Assembly: GCA_964635265.1 (NCBI GenBank)
Contig: CAZWNV010000001.1
Location: forward strand, 1 to 53,039
Direction of reading: 5' to 3'
DNA from: an uncultured Desulfobacteraceae bacterium
Lineage (GTDB): Bacteria > Desulfobacterota > Desulfobacteria > Desulfobacterales > Desulfosalsimonadaceae
DNA: 53,039 nt
Numbering within the stretch: the stretch's first letter is position 1; every line of letters starts with the position of its first letter. A program made the translations under genes and the position numbers. The notes under the pieces are model-generated. The model was given only the letters and a program-made list of their open reading frames with translations, had not been told where the DNA came from and did not search any database. This document shows positions 1-11,063 of this stretch, piece after piece.

Positions 1-329
1 CCATCGCCATCGGCAAACAGGGACAGAAGGTGCGACTGGCCTCCAAACTCACCGGCTGGCAGCTTGATGTAAAAAGCGAAACCCGCTATGATGAAAGCAT
101 GAAGGAAGGCTATGAATCCCTGCTGACGCTGCCGGATATGAGCCAGCCCCTTGCAGATCAGCTCATTGAGAACGGATTCTTCTCTTCAGAGGATCTGGCC
201 AAGGCCACACCCCGGGAGATTTCCGAAGCAGGCGATATAACGGAAGATTTTGCCCAACAACTGATACAGAGTGCGGAACAGGCCATTGCCGCGCCGGACA
301 CCTCGAAAAACGCGGATGAAAAAATATAA
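1..329 (+). CDS. nusA: Transcription termination/antitermination factor NusA, C-terminal fragment (5' end outside window)
   Basis: The frame is open from the window edge (IAIGKQGQKVRLASKLTGWQLDV, a KH-domain-like motif) and ends at TAA 327-329. It has an acidic helix-hairpin-helix-like tail. It lies directly upstream of infB, as in the conserved nusA-infB arrangement. Confidence 0.85.
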   Translation, partial: IAIGKQGQKVRLASKLTGWQLDVKSETRYDESMKEGYESLLTLPDMSQPLADQLIENGFFSSEDLAKATPREISEAGDITEDFAQQLIQSAEQAIAAPDTSKNADEKI

Positions 330-406
330 ATGCTCCATTTCAGCCAAATATCAGGGAGACCATTTTCAAAACAGGTGCAGCCAAGGATTGCAACTAGGGG
401 GGATGG

Positions 407-3295
407 ATGGCAAAATTGAGGGTTTACGAACTCGCCAAGGAACTGAACATGACCAACAAAGCCCTGCTGGCGAAGCTACAGGAGATGAACGTGGATGTGA
501 AAAACCACATGTCTACGCTTGGTGAGGAACAGGCAAGCCGGGTGAAATCCGAGCTGTATGGAAATACAAGAAAAACAGAATCTTATGAAGCCAAGCGGGT
601 AAAGCCCAACGTAATCCGCAGACGGCGCAGACGTGTGGAAGAGCAGCAGCCCGCGGAGGCGGACACACCTGCGCAGCAGTCCCCTGCCGCTGAACCTGAA
701 ACCGCCGCATCCGCCCAGCAGGAACAGCCGGAGCCCCCCTCCTCCGAATCCGGAAAGACGAGCGAACCGGCGGCGGAACCCCCCGAAGAAACACCGGATG
801 TAGCGGATACACCGGAGCCCGAGGCTGCACCCGGAGCCCATGCCGCGGAAGAGGGAAAAAGCGCAGAGTCTGCTCAGGAGCCGGAAGCCCTGGAAGCTGC
901 ACCGGAGCCCCCGCAGGAGCCGGAAGAGGCGCCTGCCGCCGAGGCCGGCCCCGTCCCCGAGCCGCAAGACGAAAGTGCCCGGCCCGCGGAGCCGGCAGAT
1001 CCTGGAGCCCCAGGCGGGGAGGAAAAAGAGCCGGAGGCGGAGTCCCCCGGCCAGGGGCAGGCGCCCGAGGACAGGCCACTGGAGGCCCCGCCGTCCGAAA
1101 AACCCGCTGCCCGCAAGACAAAATCCAAAAAGAAGCGCAAAAAGGATGCGCCGGCAAGAATTATCCAGATGCCCGAGGCCCCGCAGGAACCGGAAGAAAA
1201 GGCGGAACCCGAAACCCTGGAGCCGTCTCCGGAGACCGGGCCCGAGCCATCTGCAAAAAGGGACAAACCATCCGAGTCCCCAATCCCCCCGGAGCCTCCC
1301 GGCGAGGAGCCCCCGGCGGAAGAAAAAAAGAAAAGCCGGGGCAAAAAGAAACCTGACGAGGGCGAGAAGGGGAAAAAATCGGAGAAGTACCGGGCCCCCC
1401 CCCGCCGCAAGGAAGTCGTCGAGGGCGATGCGCTCTATGACAAGAGCTTCGGCCGCGGCAAAAAGGCGCGAAAAAAAGGCAAGCAGCCCGCAGCCGCACA
1501 GCCGGCGGAACAGAAGCCGCAATCCACAACGCCCAAAGCGATCAAGCGCCGCATAAAAGTTGATGATACCATTGTCATCGCTGATTTGGCCAAAAGGATG
1601 GGGATCAAGGCCAACGAGCTGATCAAGACCCTGATGAACATGGGCATGATGGTAACGGTCAACCAGACGATTGACTTTGACACGGCCAACCTGGTGGCCC
1701 AGGAATTTCACTTCGAGGTAGAGCGCGCCTCTTTCGAGGAGGAGGCTGTACTCAAAAGCGAGGAAGACGATCCCTCGCAGCTTGCGCCGAGGCCACCGGT
1801 TGTCACCATCATGGGCCATGTCGACCACGGCAAAACCTCGCTTCTGGATGTCATTCGCAGAACAAAGGTGACAGCAGGCGAAGCCGGCGGCATAACCCAG
1901 CATATCGGCGCCTATTACGTAGAGATCCCCAACGGGGAAATCGTTTTTCTGGATACGCCCGGCCATGAGGCCTTCACCTCCATGCGGGCCCGCGGCGCCC
2001 AGATTACAGACATAGTGGTTCTCGTCGTCGCGGCAGACGACGGCGTGATGCCCCAAACCCAGGAGGCCATCGATCATGCCAGGGCAGCCGGTGTGCCCAT
2101 CATTGTCGCTGTCAACAAGATTGACAAGAACAATGCCGAGCCGGACCGGATCAAACGGGAAGTTGCAGAGAAAAACCTGGTGCCGGAGGACTGGGGCGGA
2201 GACACCATTTTTGTCAATGTCTCGGCCAAACAGCAGAAAGGCATCGACGAACTGCTGGAGATGATTCTGCTGCAGTCCGAGGTGCTCGAATTAAAGGCCA
2301 ATCCCGACAAAATGGGCCGGGGACACGTCATTGAATCCAAGCTGGATACCGGCCGCGGGCCGGTGGCCACACTGCTTGTTCAGGAAGGCACCCTCAAGAC
2401 CGGCGATGCAGTGGTGTGCGGGATGTATTACGGCAAAATCCGCGTCATGTACAACGACCGGGGGCAGCAGGTGCAGACGGCGACGCCCTCTTACCCCGTG
2501 GAGATTGTCGGGCTCTCCGGCGTTCCCATGGCAGGCGATGAATTCGTCACCCTCTCTGCGGAAAAAGACGCCAAACAGGTCAGCGAACACCGTCTGCACA
2601 AGCAGCGGTCCAAGGAACTGGCCCGCTCCAGCCGGGTGAGCCTGGAGAAACTCTATGAAAAAATGATGGAAGGCGAGGTAAAGGACTTAAACCTCATTAT
2701 CAAAGCCGATGTCCAGGGCTCCATCGAAGCCCTTCGGGATTCGCTCACCAAGCTCTCCACCGATGAGGTCAAAATCAGCGTGGTCCATTCGGCTGTCGGC
2801 CCCATTCACGAATCCGACATCTCTCTTGCCGCTGTTTCCAACGCCATCATTCTCGGCTTCAATGTCCGGCCGAGCGCAAAGGTGGTGAAGATGGCGGATG
2901 AAGAAAACGTGGACATCCGCTATTATGACGTCATCTATAACGCCATAAAGGATATCAAGGACGCCATGGTCGGGCTCATGGAGTCCCGCTACGAGGAACG
3001 GATTCTCGGCCGCGCGGAAGTCCGCCAGACCTTTCATGTACCGAATGTGGGCACCATTGCCGGCTGCTATGTCACTGACGGCAAAATCCAGCGGGGTCAG
3101 AACATTCGCGTGGTTCGCGACGGAATCGTTACCTTTGACGGCAGAATCGGCACCCTGAAGCGCTACAAGGACGACGTCAAGGAGGTGTTCCACAACTACG
3201 AATGCGGCATCCGTATTGAAAACTACAATGATATCAAGGTTGGTGATGTGCTGGAGAATTACTACCTTGAGGAGATCAAGCCGGAAATCACCTGA
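407..3295 (+). CDS. infB: Translation initiation factor IF-2
   Basis: 962-aa ORF with the N-terminus [14 protein letters not shown]. GTPase motifs are [17 protein letters not shown] and NKID. The C-terminal IF-2 domains are present, and a long Pro/Glu/Ala/Lys-rich linker follows the N-terminal domain. Confidence 0.97.
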   Translation: MAKLRVYELAKELNMTNKALLAKLQEMNVDVKNHMSTLGEEQASRVKSELYGNTRKTESYEAKRVKPNVIRRRRRRVEEQQPAEADTPAQQSPAAEPETAASAQQEQPEPPSSESGKTSEPAAEPPEETPDVADTPEPEAAPGAHAAEEGKSAESAQEPEALEAAPEPPQEPEEAPAAEAGPVPEPQDESARPAEPADPGAPGGEEKEPEAESPGQGQAPEDRPLEAPPSEKPAARKTKSKKKRKKDAPARIIQMPEAPQEPEEKAEPETLEPSPETGPEPSAKRDKPSESPIPPEPPGEEPPAEEKKKSRGKKKPDEGEKGKKSEKYRAPPRRKEVVEGDALYDKSFGRGKKARKKGKQPAAAQPAEQKPQSTTPKAIKRRIKVDDTIVIADLAKRMGIKANELIKTLMNMGMMVTVNQTIDFDTANLVAQEFHFEVERASFEEEAVLKSEEDDPSQLAPRPPVVTIMGHVDHGKTSLLDVIRRTKVTAGEAGGITQHIGAYYVEIPNGEIVFLDTPGHEAFTSMRARGAQITDIVVLVVAADDGVMPQTQEAIDHARAAGVPIIVAVNKIDKNNAEPDRIKREVAEKNLVPEDWGGDTIFVNVSAKQQKGIDELLEMILLQSEVLELKANPDKMGRGHVIESKLDTGRGPVATLLVQEGTLKTGDAVVCGMYYGKIRVMYNDRGQQVQTATPSYPVEIVGLSGVPMAGDEFVTLSAEKDAKQVSEHRLHKQRSKELARSSRVSLEKLYEKMMEGEVKDLNLIIKADVQGSIEALRDSLTKLSTDEVKISVVHSAVGPIHESDISLAAVSNAIILGFNVRPSAKVVKMADEENVDIRYYDVIYNAIKDIKDAMVGLMESRYEERILGRAEVRQTFHVPNVGTIAGCYVTDGKIQRGQNIRVVRDGIVTFDGRIGTLKRYKDDVKEVFHNYECGIRIENYNDIKVGDVLENYYLEEIKPEIT

Positions 3296-3330
3296 ATCCG
3301 GGGCGGCCGGCGGACAATGGGACCATTGGA

Positions 3331-3618
3331 ATGGTTATCGGCTTTGGGACAATCACACTGAGGATCCATGACTGCCGCTCGCTCAAAGAAAAGCGCGGCA
3401 TCATCAAATCCACAATTCAACGAATCCGAAACGGTTTCAATGCCTCCATTGCGGAAGTCAATTACAATGACGCCCTTACACAGGCGGAAATCGGATTTGC
3501 CCTGGTGGGCAATGATGCGCGGATCATCAATTCCAAAATGGACAAGCTGATAAGCTTTACCGAAAACCTGCATCTGGCTGAAATGATCGATACAAAGATG
3601 GAGATCATCAACATATGA
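3331..3618 (+). CDS. DUF503 family protein (YlxP-like)
   Basis: 95-aa ORF between infB and rbfA, the usual position of DUF503/YlxP genes. Its stop overlaps the rbfA start (ATGA). Confidence 0.75.
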   Translation: MVIGFGTITLRIHDCRSLKEKRGIIKSTIQRIRNGFNASIAEVNYNDALTQAEIGFALVGNDARIINSKMDKLISFTENLHLAEMIDTKMEIINI

Positions 3619-3998
3619 AACCCTTCAACAGATCGGAACGCGTAGGCGGCCTCATCCAGGAAGCCCTGTCGGACATGCTGCTCAAATCCATAAAGGACCC
3701 CCGGCTGCGAGCCGTCACAATCACCGGCGTGGACATGACAAGCGACCTTAAACTCGCCCGTATTTATTTTATCACCTCATCCGGGTCCCGCGCCACCCGC
3801 GAGGAAGCTGCAGCCGGATTTCAAAAAGCCACCGGTTTTATCAAATATACCCTTGCACAAGAATTGAATCTGCGGTATATGCCTGAGTTTCAATTTTTTT
3901 ACGACGAATCCATTGACTATGGATTTCATATAGAGACGGTCATCAAACGATTAAAAAATGAACACCCAGCAGACGGCTCATCAACTGATCAAAAGTGA
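3615..3998 (+). CDS. rbfA: Ribosome-binding factor A
   Basis: 127-aa ORF with R-x-RVGGLIQEALSDML and DPRL..VTITGVDMTSDLKLARIYF, typical of RbfA. Synteny with infB and truB supports the call. Confidence 0.93.
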   Translation: MKPFNRSERVGGLIQEALSDMLLKSIKDPRLRAVTITGVDMTSDLKLARIYFITSSGSRATREEAAAGFQKATGFIKYTLAQELNLRYMPEFQFFYDESIDYGFHIETVIKRLKNEHPADGSSTDQK

Positions 3999-4932
3999 AA
4001 AAATTCTGCTTGCATCCCATATTCATCCGGACGGCGATGCAATCGGCGCTCTTCTGGGGCTGGGGCTGGCGCTTGAGGGCATCGCAAAGGATGTGGTTTT
4101 ATACAATGAAAGCCCGATTCCTGCCGTGTATCAGTTTCTGCCGTCCATACACCGGATTAAAAACAGGGCGGGCCGTATACAGGATTTTGATACCGCCGTC
4201 ATTCTGGACTGCTCCAACCTGGGGCGAATCGGCGACATCGCCCGGGAGGTGAGCAACGTTGCGTTTGTGATCAATATAGACCATCATTTAACCAATACGC
4301 GTTTCGGGGACCTGCAGCACATCGATCCCCAGGCATCCTCGACAGCGGAAATCGTCTACCGCGTGATCAAGGAAATGGGGGTGCCGATCAACACGGGCAT
4401 GGCCTATGCGATCTACACTGGGATCATGGCGGATACAGGCTCTTTCCGGTTTTCGAATACGACATCCGCGGCTTTTGAAATCGCCCACGAAATGGTGAAC
4501 TGCGGGGCGGATCCGTACAAGGTGGCGCACCACGTTTATGAGACCCTTTCCCTTAACCGCATCAAGCTCCTGAACATGCTTTTTGACACTATCGAACTCT
4601 CGGAAAACGGAAAACTGACAGTGATGACCCTGACCCAGAAGATGCTGGATGCAACGGGAACGCATATTGATGATGTCAACGGGTTGATCCACTATGCCAA
4701 AAGGATAGAAAACGTACGGCTGGCAGTCATGATTTTTGAGCGGCAAAACGGCGTGGGAAAAAAGCCGGGCGGCCGTTTCCACGTGAGCCTGCGCTCCGAC
4801 GGTTCCGTGGATGCCGCAGCCATCGCCTCCGCTTTTGGCGGGGGCGGGCACCGCAATGCCGCCGGTTTTGACAGCCGGGGCTCGCTGGAAGATATCAAAT
4901 CCACCATATTCGATCTTTCGCAGAGCCTGTGA
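3958..4932 (+). CDS. nrnA: DHH/DHHA1 phosphoesterase, NrnA-like (oligoribonuclease / pAp phosphatase)
   Basis: Motifs HIHPDGDAIGA, NIDHH and FGGGGHRNAAG (DHHA1). The only ATG in frame gives a 41-nt overlap with rbfA. Confidence 0.85.
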   Translation: MNTQQTAHQLIKSEKILLASHIHPDGDAIGALLGLGLALEGIAKDVVLYNESPIPAVYQFLPSIHRIKNRAGRIQDFDTAVILDCSNLGRIGDIAREVSNVAFVINIDHHLTNTRFGDLQHIDPQASSTAEIVYRVIKEMGVPINTGMAYAIYTGIMADTGSFRFSNTTSAAFEIAHEMVNCGADPYKVAHHVYETLSLNRIKLLNMLFDTIELSENGKLTVMTLTQKMLDATGTHIDDVNGLIHYAKRIENVRLAVMIFERQNGVGKKPGGRFHVSLRSDGSVDAAAIASAFGGGGHRNAAGFDSRGSLEDIKSTIFDLSQSL

Positions 4933-4972
4933 CAGGCCGGCAGCAGGGCAATGGCGGAATACCCGGAGATCT

Positions 4973-5884
4973 ATGACAAACAGGAGCCCGAGCGGCATTG
5001 TTCTTGTTGACAAGCCGGATCAGATGAGTTCGGCTGCAGCGGTGGCCGGAATCAAAAAGTTGACGAAGGCAAAAAAAGCCGGCCATGCGGGCACTCTGGA
5101 TCCAGAGGCGACAGGACTGCTTTTGTGTCCCGTCAATAAGGCTACACGGCTTTCCAGGTTTTTTTTGCACGGCTGGAAGAGCTATGAGGCCCTGCTGGTT
5201 TTGGGGGCGGAAACGGACACGCAGGATGCGGCGGGCAGGGTTACCGAGCGCCGGGCAGTTCCGGAACTGGACCCATCCCGGCTGCAGGCCGTGATGGATC
5301 AATTTCAGGGGGAAATCAACCAGATCCCCCCGGCCTATTCCGCGTTGAAGCACAAGGGCCGGCCTTTATATGAGTACGCCAGAAACGGGCACCCGGTACA
5401 AAAACCGGCGCGCCGGGTAACCATAGAACGCATTGCGCTGCAGCGGCTGGAGCCGCCAGAGGTCGCACTTTTTCTGCGCTGCTCTGCAGGGACGTATATC
5501 CGGACCCTCTGTGCGGACATCGGACGGAGTCTTGGGTGCGGAGCGTATCTGAAAGCCCTCAGGCGCACCGAGAGCTGCGGATTCCACGTGGACGAGGCCT
5601 GGACGCTTGCAAAAATCGAGGAAATGGCGGCTGCGGGGGGAATCGGCGACTGCCTGATTCCAATGTCCCGGGCCCTTCGGGGGATGGCTGCCCACACGGC
5701 GGACAAGGCTTTGACAGATAAAATCAAATATGGAAAAAAGATCCATTTGCATGATGTTGACGGCATGCCGGAAACGGGCTACATTAAAATTCTTGACGCA
5801 GAGGAGAATCTGCTTGCGGTCCTCTGCCGCGAGGAAACCGGCAACAACCGCCTGAAGTACTGCTGCGTCTTCCATCATGCCTGA
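4973..5884 (+). CDS. truB: tRNA pseudouridine(55) synthase TruB
   Basis: GIVLVDKP and [14 protein letters not shown] (catalytic Asp motif). I moved the start to the internal ATG at 4973; the 54 upstream codons of the ORF track overlap nrnA and look non-coding. Confidence 0.9.
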   Translation: MTNRSPSGIVLVDKPDQMSSAAAVAGIKKLTKAKKAGHAGTLDPEATGLLLCPVNKATRLSRFFLHGWKSYEALLVLGAETDTQDAAGRVTERRAVPELDPSRLQAVMDQFQGEINQIPPAYSALKHKGRPLYEYARNGHPVQKPARRVTIERIALQRLEPPEVALFLRCSAGTYIRTLCADIGRSLGCGAYLKALRRTESCGFHVDEAWTLAKIEEMAAAGGIGDCLIPMSRALRGMAAHTADKALTDKIKYGKKIHLHDVDGMPETGYIKILDAEENLLAVLCREETGNNRLKYCCVFHHA

Positions 5885-5918
5885 GTGCGACAATTCAATA
5901 TTTGCAAGGAGGCATACA

Positions 5919-6188
5919 GTGACTACGCCAGAAACCCGAAAACAGGATACGATCAAAAAATTCAAGCTGCATGAGGCCGACACCGGTTCCCCGGAGGTCC
6001 AGATTGCGCTTTTGACTGATCGTATCAGCCATTTGACCGAACATTTAAAAACGCATAAGAAAGATCATCATTCCCGAAGAGGATTGCTCCTGATGGTCGG
6101 CAGGCGCCGGCGACTGCTCAACTATGTAAAAAACAAAGATGTTCAGCGATATCGAGGCATTATCAAGGAGCTTGGGCTCAGACGCTAA
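5919..6188 (+). CDS. rpsO: 30S ribosomal protein S15
   Basis: 89 aa from GTG 5919, preceded by AGGAGG. The [19 protein letters not shown] motif is typical of S15. Classic rpsO-pnp synteny. Confidence 0.92.
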   Translation: MTTPETRKQDTIKKFKLHEADTGSPEVQIALLTDRISHLTEHLKTHKKDHHSRRGLLLMVGRRRRLLNYVKNKDVQRYRGIIKELGLRR

Positions 6189-6221
6189 ATCGATCCAACA
6201 ACACCCGCACACACCCCCTTT

Positions 6222-6254
6222 CACTGCTCCGCCGGGCAATGCACCGGTGGAGTG
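6222..6254 (+). promoter_or_regulatory. Stem-loop in the rpsO-pnp intergenic leader
   Basis: CACTGCTCCGCCGG...CCGGTGGAGTG can pair, with one G-U wobble and a loop of about 8 nt. Its position matches the rpsO attenuator / pnp leader hairpin known from E. coli. Function here is inferred only. Confidence 0.35.
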
Positions 6255-6289
6255 TTACCTATTCTCAGTAGATTCATCAGGAGACACTT

Positions 6290-8419
6290 ATGGAAATATC
6301 ATTTAAAACCCAGCTAGGGGACGAAACGCTCAGCCTCCAGACCGGCAAGGTGGCCAAACAGGCCTCCGGGTCTGTGGTGGTGCAGTACGGCGACACCATG
6401 GTTCTGGTTACAGTGGTTTCCACCGGAGAGGAACGGCCGGACATCGACTTTCTTCCCCTGTCGGTGGAATATCAGGAAAAGATCTATGCAGCCGGCCGCA
6501 TCCCGGGCAATTATTTCCGGCGCGAAATCGGTCGCCCCAGTGAAAAAGAAACCCTGACCGCACGTCTGACCGACCGGCCCCTGCGGCCCCTTTTCCCCGC
6601 TGACTACCGCTGTGAAATTCAGGTTATTGCCACTGTGCTGTCCATGGACAAGGTCAATGACCCGGACATTCTGGCTTTAAACGGGGCCTCGGCTGCACTG
6701 GAAATTTCGGATATCCCGTTTGCCGGCCCGATTGCCAGCGTTCGCGTCGGACGCCTGGACGGAGAATTTATTGTCAATCCCTCCATTGAACAGCGCAAAA
6801 GCACGGATATTGATGTGATTGTAGCTGGCTCGAAAACCGGCATCATCATGGTGGAGGGCGGCGGCGACATGGTCAGCGAGGCTGATATGATCGAGGCCAT
6901 CTACTTCGGCCATGAAAAGCTCCAGCCCATTATCGAGATCCAGGAAAAATTAAAGGAAAGCGTCGGGGTGGAAAAACGCGCGTGCAGCGCTGCAGCGCCG
7001 GATCCGGAGCTTTCGGAAAAAATCCATGCAGCGGCGGATGCAAAAATGGCCGAAGCCTTGCGCATTCCGGAAAAGTGCAAACGCCAGAAAGCTGTCGCCG
7101 ATCTCAAGGCCGAGGTTCTGGAAGGCCTGGGCGAGGCCTATGCGGAGCGGAAAAAAGAAATTTACCGCGTTTTGGGCGATCTGGAACACGACATCTGCCG
7201 GGACATGATCCTGAACCAGGGGCGGCGGATTGACGCGCGCGGCTTCAGTGAGGTCCGGCCCATCTCCTGCGAAGCAGGCCTTCTGCCCCGCGTCCACGGC
7301 TCCGGTCTGTTTACCCGGGGAGAAACCCAGGTGCTGGCGGCCATGACCCTCGGCTCAGGCCAGGATGAACAGCGGGTGGAGACTTTAAGCGGCGAGGAGA
7401 CAAAGCCCTTCATGCTCCACTACAACTTCCCCCCATACTGCGTGGGTGAAGTCCGGCGCCCCGGTGGTCCCAGCCGCCGCGATATCGGGCACGGAGCGCT
7501 TGCCCAGCGGGCAATCGAGAAAGTGCTGCCGCCCAAGGAGGATTTCGAATATACGATCCGCATTGTCTCGGAGGTTCTCGAATCCAACGGTTCCTCTTCC
7601 ATGGGCACGGTCTGCGCTTCCTCAATGGCCCTGATGGACGGCGGGGTCCCCATAAAGGCACCGGTCTCCGGCATTGCCATGGGCCTTGTCACCGACGGGG
7701 ACCAGGTGGCCGTGCTGTCCGATATCCTTGGCGACGAGGACCATTCCGGAGACATGGATTTCAAGGTGGCGGGAACCGAAGACGGCATCACAGCGGTGCA
7801 GATGGATATCAAAATCAACGAGCTCTCCCGCGAGATCCTGGAAAAGGCCCTGGAACAGGCCAGAGACGGACGGCTTCACATCCTTGAAAAGATGAAGGAA
7901 ACCATCCGCGCCCCGCGCAGTGAGCTCTCCCCTTACGCTCCCGTGGTCTATACCGTAAAAATCAGCCCGGAGCGTATCGGGGACATCATCGGCCCGGGCG
8001 GCAAGATGATCCGCTCGATCCAGACCGAGACCAACACGCAGATCGAAATCGATGATTCCGGTATCGTCAAAATCGCTTCCGTAAAAAAGGCGGACGGGGA
8101 AAAAGCCCTGGAAATTATTAAGGGTATCGGCATGGATCCCGAAATCGGGGAGGTTTACGACGGCTCAGTTGTCAAAATCACCGATTTCGGCGCATTCGTG
8201 CAGATAAAACCCAAAACAGAGGGGCTGGTTCATATCTCCGAGATTGCTCCCTATCGGATCAAGAAAGTCACCGATGAAATCCAGCAGGGCGATACCATCC
8301 GGGTCAAAGTCATTGACATCACCCCGGACGGAAAAATCAAGCTCTCCCGCAAGGCGCTGATGGGCCGGGACAATAAATCAGGGCCGGAAGGCAGGGAGAA
8401 GAAATCCAAGCCGGAATAG
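6290..8419 (+). CDS. pnp: Polyribonucleotide nucleotidyltransferase (PNPase)
   Basis: 709 aa with two RNase PH-like halves, a KH motif ([11 protein letters not shown]) and a C-terminal S1 domain ([18 protein letters not shown]). Confidence 0.97.
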   Translation: MEISFKTQLGDETLSLQTGKVAKQASGSVVVQYGDTMVLVTVVSTGEERPDIDFLPLSVEYQEKIYAAGRIPGNYFRREIGRPSEKETLTARLTDRPLRPLFPADYRCEIQVIATVLSMDKVNDPDILALNGASAALEISDIPFAGPIASVRVGRLDGEFIVNPSIEQRKSTDIDVIVAGSKTGIIMVEGGGDMVSEADMIEAIYFGHEKLQPIIEIQEKLKESVGVEKRACSAAAPDPELSEKIHAAADAKMAEALRIPEKCKRQKAVADLKAEVLEGLGEAYAERKKEIYRVLGDLEHDICRDMILNQGRRIDARGFSEVRPISCEAGLLPRVHGSGLFTRGETQVLAAMTLGSGQDEQRVETLSGEETKPFMLHYNFPPYCVGEVRRPGGPSRRDIGHGALAQRAIEKVLPPKEDFEYTIRIVSEVLESNGSSSMGTVCASSMALMDGGVPIKAPVSGIAMGLVTDGDQVAVLSDILGDEDHSGDMDFKVAGTEDGITAVQMDIKINELSREILEKALEQARDGRLHILEKMKETIRAPRSELSPYAPVVYTVKISPERIGDIIGPGGKMIRSIQTETNTQIEIDDSGIVKIASVKKADGEKALEIIKGIGMDPEIGEVYDGSVVKITDFGAFVQIKPKTEGLVHISEIAPYRIKKVTDEIQQGDTIRVKVIDITPDGKIKLSRKALMGRDNKSGPEGREKKSKPE

Positions 8420-8435
8420 GCAGGAAGCAAAAGCC

Positions 8436-8897
8436 ATGACAGCGCCAGTCCGGGAGATTGCCTGCCGCAGGATACGGCCGGATGCGGATGCCGATATTGC
8501 GCTTCCCCGCTATATGACCCCCCATGCAGCGGGCATGGATATCTGCGCAGCGGTACCAGAGCCCCTCACCCTGCAGCCGGGCGATATCGCGCTTATTCCC
8601 ACCGGCTTTGCCATGGCGCTTCCCACGGACTGCGAGGCCCAAATCCGGCCGCGAAGCGGGCTCGCCGTCAAATACGGCATCGGCATTATCAATTCCCCGG
8701 GCACTATTGACGCGGATTTTAGGGGGGAGGTCAAAATCGCCCTGATCAACCATGGCAAACAGGCCTTCACGATCCGGCGCGGCGACCGCATTGCGCAAAT
8801 GGTCCTCCATCAACTCTGCCGGGGCCGAGTCACCGAGGTGGCCGACCTTGCCGCCTCGACCCGGGATGCCGGCGGATTCGGCCACACAGGAGTGTAA
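8436..8897 (+). CDS. dut: dUTP diphosphatase
   Basis: 153 aa with RPRSGLA, NSPGTIDADFRGEV and a C-terminal RDAGGFGHTG motif. Confidence 0.93.
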   Translation: MTAPVREIACRRIRPDADADIALPRYMTPHAAGMDICAAVPEPLTLQPGDIALIPTGFAMALPTDCEAQIRPRSGLAVKYGIGIINSPGTIDADFRGEVKIALINHGKQAFTIRRGDRIAQMVLHQLCRGRVTEVADLAASTRDAGGFGHTGV

Positions 8898-9722
8898 ATG
8901 CCGCAGCCCTTGCAGCCTTTTCCTTCTACCGCCGACTGCCTCCCCGAAAGCAGTCTTTCGCTCTGCCTGCTTGCAAGCGGCAGCAAGGGCAACGCCATCT
9001 ATGTTTCCTCCGGAAACACCCGGATCCTCATTGATGCCGGTCTCTCGGGAGCGGAAATGGAACGCCGGTTTCGCTCCCGGCAAATCCTGCCACAGGATCT
9101 GGATGCCCTTGTCGTGACCCACGAACACAGCGATCATCTTCAGGGCGTGGGGGTACTGGCCAGAAAATATGGAATTCCGGTCTATATCTCTCCCGCGACC
9201 TACCGGGAGGCGGAAAAAAAAATGGGGCGCATCTCCGGCATCACCCATTTTTCCTGCGGCTCCGGCTTTTGCATACAGGACATCCGCCTGCACCCTTTCT
9301 CCACCGCCCATGACGCATCGGATCCGGCCGGCTTCACGCTGCAGGCCAACGGCAAAAAAATCGGCATAGCCACGGACCTTGGCGTGGCCACCGCGATGGT
9401 CCGCCACCATTTAAGCGACTGTACCTGCCTGGTGCTGGAGGCCAATCATGACCAGCGCATGCTCGAGGACGGCCCTTACCCCTGGCCGATCAAACAGCGC
9501 ATCAAAGGCCGCACCGGCCATCTGTCCAATGAAGCCGCCAGGGATCTGCTGCGCTGTATATGCCACCACAATCTGACCCATGTCATCCTGGGCCATATCA
9601 GTGAAACCAACAACCGGCCGGACAAAGCACTGGCCGTGGTCTCCGAGGGGCTTTTGCAGAATATGGCGCCGCGCTTTACGGTGGCCCTGCAGCATGCCCC
9701 CGCTCCGCTGATTGCCTTGTAG
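8898..9722 (+). CDS. MBL-fold metallo-hydrolase (YycJ-like)
   Basis: LLASGSKGNAIYV and the HxHxDH motif VVTHEHSDHLQG. The ATG immediately follows the dut stop. Confidence 0.8.
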   Translation: MPQPLQPFPSTADCLPESSLSLCLLASGSKGNAIYVSSGNTRILIDAGLSGAEMERRFRSRQILPQDLDALVVTHEHSDHLQGVGVLARKYGIPVYISPATYREAEKKMGRISGITHFSCGSGFCIQDIRLHPFSTAHDASDPAGFTLQANGKKIGIATDLGVATAMVRHHLSDCTCLVLEANHDQRMLEDGPYPWPIKQRIKGRTGHLSNEAARDLLRCICHHNLTHVILGHISETNNRPDKALAVVSEGLLQNMAPRFTVALQHAPAPLIAL

Positions 9723-9759
9723 CCGGCCCGGGGATGGGAAAACCGGAGGGATAGCGGCC

Positions 9760-10191
9760 ATGTTCACATCATTTACCGACCAGATCCAGGTGGATATGGA
9801 AACCGGCGTTTCCATGGAGGACGTCACCGGAGCGATTCGGAGCCTGGTTCACCGCTCCGGGGTAACTGCAGGCAGCGTTCACATCTGCGGAATCGGTTCC
9901 ACGGGGTCGCTTACCACAATCGAATACGAGCCCGGAGCTGTCGAAGACCTGCGCCGGGCCATTAACCGCATGGCGCCCCCGGATATCGCCTATGAACATG
10001 AAAAGACCTGGCAGGACGGAAACGGCCACAGCCATGTCCAGGCAGCCATCATAGGGCCGTCGCTTACCCTGCCGGTAAAAAACGGCGATATTTTGTCCGG
10101 AACCTGGCAGCAGGTGGTGCTCATCAACCACGACAACCGGCCGCGAAAGCGGCGGGTGGAGATCTGTGTCATCGGGGAAAAACAGGCATGA
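9760..10191 (+). CDS. yjbQ: YjbQ/UPF0047 family protein (secondary thiamine-phosphate synthase enzyme)
   Basis: GHSHVQAAIIGPSLTLPVKNGDILSGTWQQVVLINHD is the family signature. Start set at the internal ATG (MFTSFTDQIQV). Confidence 0.8.
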   Translation: MFTSFTDQIQVDMETGVSMEDVTGAIRSLVHRSGVTAGSVHICGIGSTGSLTTIEYEPGAVEDLRRAINRMAPPDIAYEHEKTWQDGNGHSHVQAAIIGPSLTLPVKNGDILSGTWQQVVLINHDNRPRKRRVEICVIGEKQA

Positions 10192-10243
10192 TTTGCTTAT
10201 GGCAAGCCGGGGAAAACCGCCGCCCGAATCCGGAGAAAAAGCG

Positions 10244-10981
10244 ATGATGCAGGGTTTTCGCGCAGCCGTCCAGTTTATCACCATGCTGCCGGCAGGACGC
10301 ACAGCCGTGTATCAGCCCCGGGAAATGATTGCCTGGTTTCCGGTAGTGGGCCTGTTGCTGGGGTCGCTGCTGGCGGTTTTTGACGCGGCCGCCTGCAGGC
10401 TCTTTGCCGGCTCCGCGCCCGCCGCAGCCCTGGATATCGTATTGCTGATCATACTGACCGGGGCTTTTCACCTGGATGGACTGGCCGACAGCGCAGACGG
10501 TCTTTTCGGGCACCGGGACAGGGAAACGGTGCTGGCAATTATGAAGGACAGCCGCATCGGGGTGATGGGCCTTGCCGCAGTCCTGTGCGGACTCGGCGTA
10601 AAGTTTGCCGGAATCGCGGCAATGCCCTGGCCGGGCTCTCTGCAGCGCTTCCTTGTTTTTCTTCTGGTACCCGGGCTGGCCCGGTCTTCCATGATATTTG
10701 CCATCAGGGCGCTGCCCTACGGACGCCCGGACGGCGGCACGGGAAGGGACTTGTTCGGGAGGGCCGTTGGCGCGAGCGATTTCCGGTTGATGGCTCTCTG
10801 CCTTGTACCGGCGCTTTTCCTCGGCTGGCGCGGGCTTTGGATTGTCGCCGCCTTCTTTGTCCTTGTTTATGCCCAGATTGCCTATTACCGCCGCCGCATC
10901 GGCTGCATTACCGGAGATATGCTGGGCGCCATGACAGAGGTCACCGAAGCCCTGCTGTTTCTGGCAGCCGCACTTCCCTAG
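10244..10981 (+). CDS. cobS: Adenosylcobinamide-GDP ribazoletransferase (cobalamin 5'-phosphate synthase)
   Basis: Polytopic membrane protein with AVQFITMLP near the N-terminus and HLDGLADSADGLFG, both typical of CobS/CobV. Start set at MMQGFRAAVQF. Confidence 0.85.
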   Translation: MMQGFRAAVQFITMLPAGRTAVYQPREMIAWFPVVGLLLGSLLAVFDAAACRLFAGSAPAAALDIVLLIILTGAFHLDGLADSADGLFGHRDRETVLAIMKDSRIGVMGLAAVLCGLGVKFAGIAAMPWPGSLQRFLVFLLVPGLARSSMIFAIRALPYGRPDGGTGRDLFGRAVGASDFRLMALCLVPALFLGWRGLWIVAAFFVLVYAQIAYYRRRIGCITGDMLGAMTEVTEALLFLAAALP

Positions 10982-11063
10982 CCATATCCGCCGCCGGATA
11001 CAAACCTTACTAATCTTTGCAGTTTTTTGCAGACATCGCCGGCATTGCTCCCGGCGTGCGCAG

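Noticed and set aside
476-2077. 533-aa minus-strand ORF, together with the overlapping ORFs at 513-1157, 840-1556, 874-1410 and 1161-1529, over the infB linker region
   Set aside because: They lie antisense or out of frame to an unambiguous infB. Their translations are Arg/Gly/Leu/Pro low-complexity, typical of shadow ORFs in GC-rich repetitive coding DNA.
4811-4972. 162-nt N-terminal extension of truB in the ORF track
   Set aside because: It overlaps the end of nrnA in another frame and has Pro/Ala/Arg-rich composition. The conserved TruB N-terminus begins just after ATG 4973.
8337-9410. 357-aa minus-strand ORF across dut and the MBL hydrolase
   Set aside because: It is antisense to two genes with clear family motifs. 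Its composition is Gly/Ala/Arg-rich, with no motif and no RBS.
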